Of a stretch of 64,000 bases of DNA, positions 26,220 through 38,060 are shown piece by piece. Each line of letters begins with the position of its first letter. Position 1 is the first letter of the stretch. The translations under genes and the position numbers were made by a program. Under the pieces are notes generated by a model. That model saw nothing but the letters and a program-made list of their open reading frames with translations. It did not search any database and was not told where the DNA came from. Source of the DNA: Carcharhinus longimanus (lineage: Eukaryota); NCBI GenBank assembly GCA_030264375.1, contig JASCQW010000099.1, positions 45,643,514 to 45,707,513 on the forward strand. Reading direction: 5' to 3'.

Positions 26220-27310
26220 CACCCCACATGTGAAGAAATTTGTTACAGCATCAGTCTTGAACTTGCCTTTTGCCGGCTACTACCTATGTTGCTTTGTTCT
26301 TTAGTCACGTTTAACTTGACATGACTTTTAAGGTGAAAGGTTTATATTCTATTTTGTATCTCTCATACTACTTGAGATCCCATCTTATTTATCTCCTTTG
26401 AAGGCAAAAGAGTTGTTCCAACCTTCCTTCATAATTTCATCTACTGATATTGGGAACTAACCTTACCAACTTTCTGTATTATTATCATGGCTTGGACATA
26501 TCCCTTGTGTGTCACTGATTAGGACTGAATGCAGTATTTAAGATGAGTCTGACCCAAGCATCTTCAGCATGATCATGTCTTATATACTTTACTGACATGG
26601 TGATGCTGCTCAGTATTTTGTTTGCTTTGTTCATTACTGTTTTTCAATAATTTGGCATCATCGGTATAGGTTAGTGACACTATCAGGTTGTTTTCAGCTT
26701 CTTCGCCAGCTATAGCCTGTGCCATATTCTTTTGTATTTCCTCGTGTTTTCAAAATGTATAAAATCTTGTGCTTTTATTTTGAATTTTATATGCAATAAT
26801 CCTCCCCACTTAGAAATATGTTCAAAGTCCTTTTTCAATTCTTTGACAGTTCTGTTTAACTGAACTGCTTTCTTTCCTCCGATTGCATAACAGAGCAACT
26901 TGCAGTGTGTGTCTGAATCCATTAATTTACATAGATCAGAAACTATTGGTGTTCTGATGCCAATCACTAGGGCACTCCATTAATTCCATCTCCCAAGCCT
27001 GTCATTTTCTTCTGTTACTCAACACTTCTCTTTTCACCAATTCTATATCCTCCATAATTTATCAGGATGCACACACTGTCTTAAACTTGTGAAACAGCCG
27101 TTAATATAGAATTTGATAGGAAAACATTTTGGAATTTTTGGGGAAGTCACTTGCTCAAAGAATGTTGAAGAGCAGTCAGACCTCATTTGCCCTTTCTAAA
27201 ACCATGTTCCAATTGGCTAGTGTGTAAGAGGATTATTTTTATGTAGGCAATTGCAAAAGGATTTAATGTACGATTTTCAATATTTTGCCATTTACTGACG
27301 TAAAACTATT
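26220..27310 (-). mobile_element. Very old CR1/L2-type LINE fragment
   Basis: The minus strand gives traces such as ELKKDFEHISKWGGLLHIKF and EYCIQS-like (ggactgaatgcagtattt), with many disruptions. Confidence 0.55.
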
Positions 27311-27327
27311 GAGCCTGTTTTTTTTTG

Positions 27328-27540
27328 AAGCAAAACAGAAAAATGCTGGAAAATCTCAGCAGGTCTGACAGCATCTGTGGAGAGAGAATAGAGTCAATGC
27401 TCTATTTGGCCCTGACAAAGAGTCATTCAGACTCAAAATGTTGGCTCTGTTTGCTCTCCATAGATGCTATCAGATCAGAGATTTTCCAGCATTTTTCTGT
27501 TTTTGTTTCAGATTCCAGCACCTGCAGTATTTTGCCTTTT
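27328..27540. mobile_element. Palindromic Penelope-derived short repeat
   Basis: A perfect 26-bp inverted repeat aaaacagaaaaatgctggaaaatctc at 27332-27357 and 27478-27503 encloses a decayed hammerhead-like core at 27412-27443. Confidence 0.7.
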
Positions 27541-27644
27541 TCTGTCTTTGTGGAGGTTTGATTTTTTGGAGGAGCATTGATGGAAGTTTTGGTGAATTCA
27601 AACCAGTTACTTTCAACTTCTAAGGTTTGCTCATTGGATGAAAT

Positions 27645-28008
27645 GGGCAGTAGCACAGTGGTATTGTTGCTGAACTAGTAATCCAGCGACCTCAGGGTAA
27701 TAATCTGGGTTCAAATCCCACCACAGTAGGTGTTGATATTTGAATTCAATAAGAACCTGGGATTAAAACTCCATTGATGACCATGAAATCATTGTCTATT
27801 TTTGTAAATACCCATCTGGTTCACTCATGTCCTTAGGGAAGGAAATCTACCATCCTTATCTGGTCTGGCCTACATGTGAATCCAGACCTACAGCAACGCG
27901 GTTGACTCTCAACTGTCCTCTGAATCTCAGTTCAAGGACAATTAAGGATGGGAATTAAATGCTTGCTGAGGCAACGATGCCCACAACCCATGAACAAATC
28001 AAAATAAA
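27645..28008 (+). mobile_element. tRNA-derived SINE with CR1-clade LINE tail (near full length)
   Basis: A-box-like gcacagtggtattg, B-box-like gggttcaaatccc, and tail ttcaaggacaattaaggatggg...gcccacaacccatgaacaaatcaaaat. Confidence 0.85.
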
Positions 28009-28010
28009 GT

Positions 28011-28490
28011 TTGCAAATTTGCCTTCCACAGGAATTCACTTCTGTTATGCCGGTGGCAGTTTACATCCCACCCCATGCGGTTGTGAAGATCACACTGGAT
28101 GAAATATACGCCAATACGGAGAGCCTTGAGATGAAACATCCCAAGGCCTTGTTCAATCAGGCCAAGCTCAAGAGCGTACTACCAAGTTACCACCAACATG
28201 CCTCCTGTTCCACCAGAGGCCCAAATACCCTAGACCACTGCTACACAGATATTAAACATGCCTACCACCGTATCACCTGCCCAACTTTGTGGTCAAACCA
28301 GACCACAAGGCCTTGGTCCTGCTCCCGGCTTACAAGGAAAAACTGAAGATGTCGAATCCATCAAAGAGAGCTGTGCAGTGTTGGTGTGAGGAATCAGGTG
28401 ATCTCCTACAGGATTGCTTGGAGTCAGTGGACTGGTCAGTATTTAAAAACTCTGTGAATGAGTACGCTACTAGAGTAACTGACTTCATTA
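28011..28490 (+). mobile_element. Rex1/Babar-type LINE, APE endonuclease fragment
   Basis: Reads LPQEFTSVMPVAVYIPPHA...LDEIY...NQAKLKSVLPSYHQHASCSTRGPNTLDHCYT, then in a shifted frame KPDHKALVLLPAYKEKLK...LQDCLESVDWSVF. The GDFN segment is deleted. Confidence 0.85.
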
Positions 28491-28491
28491 C

Positions 28492-28645
28492 GCACGGTAG
28501 CACAGTGGTTAGCATTGCTCGTCATAGCTCCAGGGATTTGGGTTCGATTCCTGGCTTGAGTCACGATCTGTGTGGAGTTCGTAGATTCTCCTCATGTCTG
28601 CGTGGGTTTCCTTCAGGTGTTCCGGTTTCCTCACACAGTCCAAAG
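28492..28645 (+). mobile_element. HE1/V-SINE 5' portion (tRNA head plus V domain)
   Basis: gcacggtagcacagtggttagcattgct...gggttcgattcctggcttg...tctgtgtggagtt...ctgcgtgggtttcc...cacagtccaaag. Confidence 0.85.
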
Positions 28646-28684
28646 CTTCTGTTTTTTTTTGCAATTTAATTCTCAGAACCTTCC

Positions 28685-28790
28685 ACAAACCTGACGAAGG
28701 AACAATGTTTCTGAAAGCTTGTGGGTTTACTATCGAATAAACTGGATGGACTTTAACCTGGTGTTGTGAGACTTCTTACTGTGTTTACTT
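28685..28790 (+). mobile_element. Penelope-like element 3' end with minimal hammerhead-ribozyme-like core
   Basis: cctgacgaaggaacaatgtttctgaaagctt...aataaactggatggactttaacctggtgttgtgagacttcttactgtg. Confidence 0.6.
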
Positions 28791-28851
28791 CAGGGCAGAG
28801 ACAATTAAGACTGATCTTACTATGGTTTAACCTCATGGTTGTTCAGTCTTT

Positions 28852-29330
28852 GGGCCCAATCTTACCGTTGTGTCACACCCATTTTTGGGTGAGCAAACAT
28901 GGTAAAGCTGGGTGTGAGTCCATTAACACAATCCGTGCCCACGTCCACTCAGATGGCCACTTTACCGAGACCTGAGAATGGCCGCGATCCGATTCATGCC
29001 CGAAACGGACTTAAGTGAACTTAAATTGCATTAATGAACTGCCTGCCCAACTCTATCAGCATTTCTTCCTTTACCACCATGTTCGTCGAACTGGAATCCC
29101 GCCGAAATGGACCTGTTGAGTGAAAGTCTGAATCGGGCGCTCCAGCGAGCTCAGCGCTTCGAACAGCTCGCTGACTCAATTGGTGGTGGAAGGGAGGAGG
29201 GAGGAAGGTCAGATCATTTTCTTATGACGGGGTGGGGAGGGAGGTGGGTCCGATGCACCTCTGGGGGGTGGGCGTGGGAGTGAGGCCTGATCATTCTCTG
29301 GTTTGGGAGGGGGAGAGTGAGGCCAGATGG
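28852..29330. mobile_element. Harbinger-like MITE, opposite orientation to the copy at 41453-42277
   Basis: Terminus gggcccaatcttacc. Segment 28960-29145 is homologous to the reverse complement of 42015-42180. Confidence 0.7.
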
Positions 29331-29331
29331 A

Positions 29332-29557
29332 AGCAGATCCTTCAGCCCAACTTGTCCATGCCGCCCTTTTTGTTTTAAACCCATAACGAATCCCAATTGC
29401 CCGATTTTGGCCCATATCCCTCTATACCCATTGTACCCATGTAACTATCTAAATGCTTTTTAAAAGATTAAGTTGTACCTGCCTCTACAACTATCTCTGG
29501 CAACTTGTTCCAGACACTCACCACCCCTCTGAACACTTAGGCATCTCTCCCCTCTCA
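29332..29557 (-). mobile_element. CR1/HER1-like LINE 3' end running into an N-gap
   Basis: cttcagcccaacttgtccatgccg...ggcccatatccctctatacc...ctctggcaacttgttccagacactcaccaccc. Confidence 0.8.
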
Positions 29558-30309
29558 NNNNNNNNNNNNNNNNNNNNNNNNNNNNNNNNNNNNNNNNNNN
29601 NNNNNNNNNNNNNNNNNNNNNNNNNNNNNNNNNNNNNNNNNNNNNNNNNNNNNNNNNATGTTCATTGATTGCTTCATGATGACTGTCAGCACTAAGTAGA
29701 TTTTGCCTCTAGAATCATTTAACAATCTTGGTTGTGCGAACTCATCCCTTGAGATGGTTTTGAACTCTTGCAAGTGAAACCAAAGTTTGGATTTCTGTCA
29801 GACCTCCTATGATAAGTGGCATGCTACTGGTGTCTTTTCTATTGAGTACTCCTAGGAGGTAGTAATTTAATACGGTAACTATTTCCATATCATTTATAAA
29901 TTTGCACCCCTTTTTCTTTAATAGTGCTCTTGCTCTATTGTACTGTCAGATTTTTGTTTTGTAATGCCTGACTTATGCAGCTATTAATTTCCAATTGTCT
30001 TTGACCACCACGTTTACATTAGTTTGGAAATTCCTGTCGGCTTTCAAAGGTATTTACCCAATTTTTGGATAGAATTTCATTGTAACACACTCACTGACAG
30101 TTGGGGTTGGGGGTGTGGAGGAAGTAGTGAAGGGCAGTGTTTCAGTCACAGACTTTGCTGTGGCTGTTTAATTCAGCCATAGTATTAGCATACTGCTTTT
30201 GGATTTCCTGTGAGAAGCTTCTCAGTGAAAGGCTCCATACTAAAAGAAACCCAGTAACGGTCCAAATAGCTACATTCAGCATTATTTGAGAAGGCAGAAT
30301 GATAGGAAG

Positions 30310-31150
30310 ACATGAGAAGGTTGCCCCCTTGTTCTGTGACTCTTTTTTGAAGGTGATGCTGGTAATAATCAGATGAGAAGAAAAGTGTTGTTCCATACAG
30401 ATGGGAGGAAGAGGCCAGTTGCCTAAACTAAGCGAGAAGTCCCTGAACTAGTGGACAATATGAATGTGTTGATGCCTTGTAACTGGATTCAATGCTACAA
30501 GAGGTTATTGACTTAATAATGGCAGGAAAAGTGAGTGGCATCCTATTTGCAGGTGTCAGCTCCCACTTTCAGAATTACCCAGCATCCTCTGCACAGCACT
30601 GCCCAGACTAGCACACTTTCCAGATCCATTCATGCTCCTCCAGGCACCACTTCACTTGCCCATCTCAACAGCCAACACACATCCACCCCCATCTTATTAG
30701 TTTCTCACAGCCATCCCTCACAATCATCTTGCACAAATATTGTCATTCAACCATTGCCACATATTCACATCTCACACTCAGAGATCTCTGCTCTCTTTGA
30801 TTACAGAAGGGAGCATGCAACTTCAGGGAGAAACAGATAACTGGGGTGGGCCTATGGGCCACATTGATTGCTATGGAGGAACAAACTTTTTACATTGGAA
30901 AGGTAACACAGTTCATGGGTTTAGGCAATGGAGAGATTTAGGCCTCATAAGTACCTGGTGATTGCATTAGATATCATACTTCTACTTAACACAACACTTA
31001 CTCACTCATACCCATGTCAACAACAATTCATTCATTCAGAGGAGTCAAGCACTCTGAAGATGCACAACCGCTTAACTCATGCACACTGCACACTATTGCA
31101 GATATACACACCTTAGTGGGTACTGCAGAACCTGGTGGAAGGCACTCTGT
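30310..31150 (+). mobile_element. Relic of a PIF/Harbinger Myb/SANT-like gene region
   Basis: Traces of APRFSD..LEV...RREVLF..DGRKR (gccccttgttctgtgac...gtgttgttccatacagatgggaggaagagg) and W.QC.KR..DL (tggattcaatgctacaagagg). A similar relic lies at about 59600-60300. Confidence 0.4.
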
Positions 31151-31161
31151 CATATTTTAGA

Positions 31162-31505
31162 GACATAGAAACATAGAAAAACCACAGCACAATACAGGCC
31201 CTTCAGCCCTCAAAGTTGTGCCGAACGTATCCCTATCTTAGAGATTACTAGGCTTACCTATAACCCTCTATCTTACTAAGTTCCATGTACTTATCTAAAA
31301 GTCTCTNNNNNNNNNNNNNNNNNNNNNNNNNNNNNNNNNNNNNNNNNNNNNNNNNNNNNNNNNNNNNNNNNNNNNNNNNNNNNNNNNNNNNNNNNNNNNN
31401 NNNNNNCTATCTTACTAAGTTCCATGTACTTATCTAAAAGTCTCTTAAAAGACCCTATCGAATCCGCCTCCACCACCGTTGCCGGCAGCCCATTCTATGC
31501 ACCCA
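31162..31505 (-). mobile_element. CR1/HER1-like LINE 3' end
   Basis: Tail (acatagaa)2 plus cacagcacaatacaggcccttcagccc; the minus strand gives VEADSIGSFKRLLDKYM. Confidence 0.85.
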
Positions 31506-33104
31506 TTATAACATTTTTAAATGTTATACTCTCAAATTAATTTTAAAATAACTACCCTGGAAACATCTGTTCATAACTTCACAGGTCTGCACTGCCAGCA
31601 AAGATCTCTATATGGATGGACATTGTCTATATAGTCTTCAAGCTATTAATTTTAATCTTGGGCTCAAAATTACCCCTTCAGTGCTTGTAAAAAAAAAACA
31701 CGACTCTTACCTACTGATGAAATATAATCTACAGCTATTGAGATGTCTTTTGCTGAAAGACAGAGGAAAGGTGAAAGGAAATACTTATTGTTCAAAGGCT
31801 CACCCATAGTCTGTCACTTTTTTGGTAAACAATGCTACTTACATGAAAAAATTACCCTAATGGAGAGCCATCATTTTTGTTCTCCCTTTCTTTCAAGGTT
31901 GCTGCGATTAGATTTGATCAAACGTGGAGTTCAGCCATCTACATTGAACATTAGACTCCATTTAATGATAAATCATCTTGAAATCTTTTGAATATCTATT
32001 CATCTTAGGCCTGAAAGTTTAATGTTTGCTTAGTTGTCTGAGTGCAGAAAGTATTGATAAAATTTGAAGGTAAAGGTACAGCTAATGTAGGCTTTGTTTA
32101 TGATCATTCATTATCACTTCATGAAACAGATGTTGAGTTGCTTCTTCCAGTATAAATATTGAGCATATTTGCCTCAGGGAAGCTGTTGTCATTTCAATTG
32201 CATAGTACATAACCATTTCCTTCTGTGGAATTAAAAAAAATGATTATTTCATTCTTGAAAACAAGAAGCCCCCATGCGAGCATTATTGAGTCAGCTTTGA
32301 TATAACAAAAACAATTAGGAGATTGGCATTTATTAAATTTTCAAAATAACTGTTTTCTGCAGTATCATTTTCAAACATGAATTTTCTTCACATGATAGTT
32401 TGCAGGAATTTAAATGCTGTGAAAATAACGTAGCATGTTATCCAGGTAAACAAAATAAATCTGTCTCTCTTGATATCACTGATCTTTCACATGAGCAGAT
32501 TTGTGTAATATAATTTCCACGCAGCCAAAATTGTATCACTGCCTCTCTGCATTTCATGTTTATATTGGATAGAGTTTAGGGTTACACACAAGTACTTTCA
32601 ATCTGATTTCATTCCAAACCTGTTTGGCTAAGTTTTCTATTTTTGCAGCTCACAGTGACTACTGCCTCCCACCCCCACCACCTCCCCACCACCCCCGCAA
32701 CACACCCCTCCCTCACCCCACACCCCTGTTGCATTGAGCTAACTTTCTCATGTTTAAGATTAAGAGTAGCTGCTTTCTATTTAGAAGATGGGGATAAAGA
32801 AGACTGAAAATTTCATTTGAAGAATGTATGAAACCTAATGTCAGATATAATTGTAATATACAAGTGGCATTAAAGATAACTTTGGGGAAAGATGAATTTG
32901 TACTACATATAAACATTCTTAACACAGCTAAAATTATTTTAATTCTTTTCTTTCTCTATTTTCTACTGACATTGCTAATCCTATTAGGTATATGATTTCA
33001 TAACTGATGGGTTTTTTTTTAACCTCTCCCAAGAACTATTCTTCATGTTATGATCTAATTAATGATGGTCAATTAGCTATTCAGGCACAAGATGAATCAC
33101 TTTT

Positions 33105-33460
33105 TAAAAAACTTATTCATTCTTTGGCATTTGGATACCACTGCAAAGGCCAGTATTCCTTGTTTTCACTGAAATTGGTGAGCTGCCTTGTTGAATTGCT
33201 ACTGTCTGAGTGGTGAAGATTCACTACCACTGCTATTGAGCAGGTAGTTCAAGGATTATGATATGATATTATGATATCATAAGGATTATGATACATAATA
33301 AAGGAATGGCATCATATGTTTAAGCCAGAGAGGAATTTTGAGGTGATGGTATTGCCATGCACCTGCTACTCCTCCTCCTAGGTAATGGAGGTTGCAGATT
33401 TGGGAGGTGCTGCCAATGAAACCTTGGCAACTTACATCTTCTGAATGATACGTAATGCCA
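33105..33460 (-). mobile_element. CR1-clade LINE 3' end, old
   Basis: Homologous to 21250-21600 (ctaggtaatggaggttgcagatttgggaggtgctgcc). Confidence 0.65.
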
Positions 33461-34089
33461 TTGGGTGGTATCTTGAACCTGTGTTCGCTGTCTGTCAGTT
33501 GCCAGTGGGGGCTCAAGATCCAGAAGGCGCAGTTCTCTCAGGTGAGAATGCAATTTTGGATCTTACCCTCCCTCCGTCAGTGATGTCATCAGATCATGCC
33601 CACAACATTGTGAATCTGATTTGCATGGATTTCCATTTCATTTCAATATTATTAACCCAACCCCTCGCTCAATATTGACCCTCCTGCCATATCTTCAAAC
33701 CACACTGGCATGAAGTCACATCAGAGTGGTTGAGTGGTTTACAACAGGTACAATCAGGTTCACACAGACATGAGCCAGTTTTGCGGGTCTCCCCGGAGTG
33801 CTAAGCAAAACATAGCCCTGGGGGACAAGGGACATGTTCGAGCAGTCAATGCCCCCTTGACACTGCCCCTTGGACCATTCTGTCCAGACCACCCTGGCAG
33901 TGCTAACCTGTGCCAAGGGGAGCCCCAGTGGGAGCCTAATTGGAGGAGATGGGGAGGGAGGTGGATCTGTGCTAATGTGGTTGTGGGCCAAGAGCAGACA
34001 AATGAGGAATGACAATGAGGGTCATTTGTGGGGATGAGGGTGGTGACACTGGAGAGAAGGAACCTATGTTTGCTGTTGGTGGGGGGAGG

Positions 34090-34250
34090 TCAGGGGTGGG
34101 GGGAAGAGAAGGGACCAATGATCATGGGAGGGAAAGAAAGGGCCAATGGTTGAAGGGGGGACCAAAGGGGCTGATGATCATGTTGGGGGAGGAGAAGGGA
34201 CTAATGATCACAGTTGGAGGGTGGAGAAGGGGACGGATGATTGTAAGAGG
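34090..34250. repeat. Degenerate ~30-bp purine-rich tandem repeat inside a GC-richer DNA-transposon-like relic (about 33500-34545)
   Basis: Recurring aaggga-(c)taatgatca(tg)-ggggga(g)gag units, about 4-5 copies. Confidence 0.5.
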
Positions 34251-37200
34251 GATTTTAGTGTGAATGCTGGTTCCAATTGGGGGGTGGGGAGGGAAGCCCC
34301 TGAGCCCTCAGTGATGGGGAGAGGTTTAGTTTTGCTCTGATTGGGGTGCCCTTTAATGGTAGCATCTGATCTCTGAGCAACCGGGTTTTGGCAGTGTGTT
34401 TAGGACCTGCCTGCTGTATCATGCTCCCTTGGCAGTGTGGGCTAGAATTTGGAAACAAACCCGAGTGGTATAGCTGGAGAGAAATATGTGATTTTCTCAC
34501 CAGAAACTACACTCTGTCATTTTTTTGATAAAATTTCGTCCACTGTATGCTGGTAATTGAGAGAATGGATGTTTCAGCTGGAGAATTGGTTGCCATTTAA
34601 TTCGAATTATTTGTCTATGATAGATTTAAGGTACTTGGATGTTTATATAAGCTGTACAAATACAAGCAAGTGCAGGGTATCCCATCACTCTTCTAACATG
34701 CCTTTGAGGTGATGGAGAAGCTCTGCTGAGCCACTCACCACAAAATACCTAGCCTCTTATTCAAATATCAAGTTACATGTCAGATGCAATGGTTTTGAGA
34801 GTTTCTGGTCAATGGCTACCCCCAAAATGTTGATAATGGACCTCAACAGTAGTGATTAGTATTGAATGTCAAGGGGATGTGGTTAGGTTCTCACGTGTCA
34901 GAGATGGTCATTGTCGGACATTTGTTTGACGTGAATTGAGCATAAACCTTCTGTCCCAATCATTCGCCAGTTGTTTTTAGTGGGTGAATGTGGTTAAAAA
35001 TCAGGACTGGTGATCTTAGTTAATTAGCATGGAGGTTGGAGGGACAAATGGTGCTGGGAAGGTTAGAATATGTTTGCATGAGTTGTCATTGGAGATATCA
35101 AGAGCCATGTGGATGAATGCGCATCATGGATTATCACGGAGGGTATGAGTGGCCATTGGAGGTAGACATTGACATGGGGAGTGGGTGGGGGGAGGGGGGT
35201 GCTGAGGCTGTGTGAAGGGTGAGGGCTAGAGAGACTAATGTTGAAGAAAATAACTGGGCAAAGTCCTAGAGAACCAAGGAAGGCCATTTGAACACTTGCC
35301 AGCCCCTATGGTCACCTCCACTTGGCAGTCAGGAGCAACAAGTCCAAATCTACCCTCACCCATCCCTTGAAATGGAGATCCTATCATTTGAGCAAATTTC
35401 TCCCAAAGTAGCAGGGAGATTTCCCGACTCTCACTAACCAATTTAGGAACAAAAATCTGGACCCAAATATTTGATGATCGAACCATTTTACTATTTTTCT
35501 TTAAATTATCTGGAAAATAATTTGCAAAAAATAAATGCTGTAAAATTTCTTTGGTTATGATCCTGATTTACAATCACTAGTATTGCATTGACCAATGTTC
35601 TCCAGTGCTGGCTGTACGAGAGTTTGCAGGGTCACAGATTAGCATGGGTTCGTTGGGGTCCCTAAATTGGTTATTGCAGCACTATAGGAATAGCTGTGGG
35701 CTCTATCTGTCCCTTGCCTATGGAATTTTGTGCTTGAGTGCACTTTTGGTGAGGGGCGGGGAGGTTTGCGCCTCTCCCAATGTGAGACACATTCTTCTCA
35801 AATTGAATGAGAAACCAATCTTTTGAGGTTTTTCTTAAATGTTAACCTTCAGCAATCCAGGCTGTTTGTTTTATTTGTACCCCTTTGGTAGCCTAATACG
35901 TGCTTCTATGGAGGCTGGTACACATCCATTCACCACGAACACCAATCACCGACTACCAACTTAGGAGCAAGATTGACTTTGTTCCACATCAGCCTGTCAT
36001 TTATCTTGTAAAGGGTGGAAGTTTGATGCCCTATAAAGCACAGAAGAAACGTTATCATTTTCCCAGGGGTTGTAGCAAGAGGCTGACAATGCAGAAGGAA
36101 TTTCAAAGTCAATATAATTTAACGAGCTGCAGCCCAGACAATGTGCTCATTACTGAAGAATTGCATATTGCAGGATGTATTGGGCCTGAGCTAGAGAACG
36201 TTGATAAAGTGGTCCTATGATAATACAATGCATTCAAACATTGAATTAAAACAAAAATATAAATATTTATAAAGCTGAGGCTTGTCAGCAAAAGGAGATA
36301 GCACAACTTTCTCAGAGTATGCCACATCAGCATCACATGTGCTCAGGTCAGGTATATCATGAACAAATGTTGTTTGAAAGCTCTCTTGACATGAATAATA
36401 AGCCTGAACCATAACCCCAGAAGACAAAATTCCATGTATGTATATTTCCCACACCATCTATCTTTATGACTTGTTTTGTAATAACCTATTTATGCTGAAT
36501 GAGGGGAGTTCTGTATAATGTTATGATGGCAGCTGTTAATACTGGATAAGTTAGATCCCAGAGTGAAACCTGACTTGATAGATGCTGACCGGAATTCTCC
36601 ACCGGATAGGTTTCCTGTTTGCATTGGGTTGCTTCAGTTGGAACTGCCATTGACATCAGAGAGAGCAGAAGATCCTGCCATCGAGAAAAATGCTGAGTGG
36701 AGGCTAACTTTTTTTTGAAAACCTAGAGGAAAGTTACTGCACAAATTCATGTGAGTCTGTTAAAGAAGTTTTAATGCAAAGAGTAGTATATTTATCAAAC
36801 AGGAAAAAATATTACACCAGACACACAGTTTAGAAAGATCTCAATACAAACACAAGAAGGCAATTCAAATTCCCATTATTTCTTTAGCCCAGCAATATCT
36901 TTATAGAGACACAAACCGATCTTGATTTACCACTAGCTTGACATAAATGTTTCTCACTGGGGACTGGCACACTTTCACATTATTTTCTTCAGGTGGATTC
37001 CTGAGCATTCGCTGCACTGTAAACTCACTGCTTCTTCTACCTACAGAGCAAATAAATAAGTTTCCTAAATATAGATTTCCAGTAGCACCTCTGCTAAACT
37101 GATCACTTTACTGAGTCCCATTACTTATTATTCAGTTAACTACTGTCCCCCGGCCTTGCAGTTTTTATCTTCAGAAGAAACCCTTGTATCTTTCTGGCAT

Positions 37201-37439
37201 GCATTCTGAACTCACCCTCTCTCAACTCTGCCTTTTCTGTGTGCCGCTATGCAACAGTAGGCAACACTAGGCAATGGACAAAACCTTTTCTACTTCATGC
37301 TTTGTTTTCAGAATCTTTGAGTGTTCAAATCCTTTTAACCTACTCCTTTAAACTTGGGGGCTTTAATGTTTACATATACAAATCCAAAAGACTTCAAACC
37401 TTTCAATCAAGTCTATCCAGACAGCTAGGCATCAATATC

Positions 37440-37735
37440 TTCACTCACCCTGCACGTATTCTCTTCCACCTCCTTCCATTGGGAAAAAAATACAAAAGTC
37501 TGAGGTCACGTGTCAACCAACTCGGGAACAGCTTCTTCCCTGCTGCCATCAGACTTTTGAATGGACCTATCTTGCATTAAGTTAATCTTTCTCTACACCC
37601 TAGCTATGATTGTAACACAACATTCTGCACTCACTCCTTCTCTATGAACGGTATGGTTTGCCTGTATAGTGCACAAGAAACAATACTTTTCACTGTATGC
37701 TAATACATGTGACAATAATAAATCAAATCAAAAAA
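37440..37735 (+). mobile_element. Rex1/Babar LINE 3' end
   Basis: Reads THPARILFHLLPLGKKYKSLRSRVNQLGNSFFPAAIRLLNG*, with a 3' UTR ending gtgacaataataaatcaaatc. Same family as 60305-61020. Confidence 0.9.
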
Positions 37736-37809
37736 ACTGTCCCCAATACTCCAGGTGTGGTCTCACTAAGACTTTTTAGAGCAACATAAAGACAGCTTCT
37801 CAATTGAAA

Positions 37810-38060
37810 TTTGCTTGCCTGGTGTGTAACCAAGTATTATAGACAAACAACAAGCCAGATTCAATCCTTAGTCTCTGCTATGTTAGCTAATTTCATCTGT
37901 GATGGCCCTATGGGCACTACAATTTGTATCAATTCACCTAGACTTGGAATGGGAAAATGAAGCATTTCTCCTGATCACTATTGCATTGATTGGAAAATAC
38001 ATCCATGTGAATCTCAACTGAAGATAGAATTAAATTCCAAGTGATAATTGACCACTTGAC
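37810..38060 (+). mobile_element. Ancient SINE-like relic
   Basis: B-box-like ccagattcaatcctt followed by tctgctatgttagct...gcactacaatt...ctcctgatcactat. A possible inverted relative lies near 47462-47650. Confidence 0.3.

Noticed and set aside
28492-28560. tRNA-like A/B boxes (also at about 27650, 43975-44040, 52670, 57530)
   Set aside because: These are SINE heads running into V or other SINE bodies, with no complete cloverleaf.
31268-31445. Exact ~39-bp direct repeat flanking an N-gap
   Set aside because: Identical sequence on both sides of a 100-N gap indicates unmerged contig overlap, not biology.
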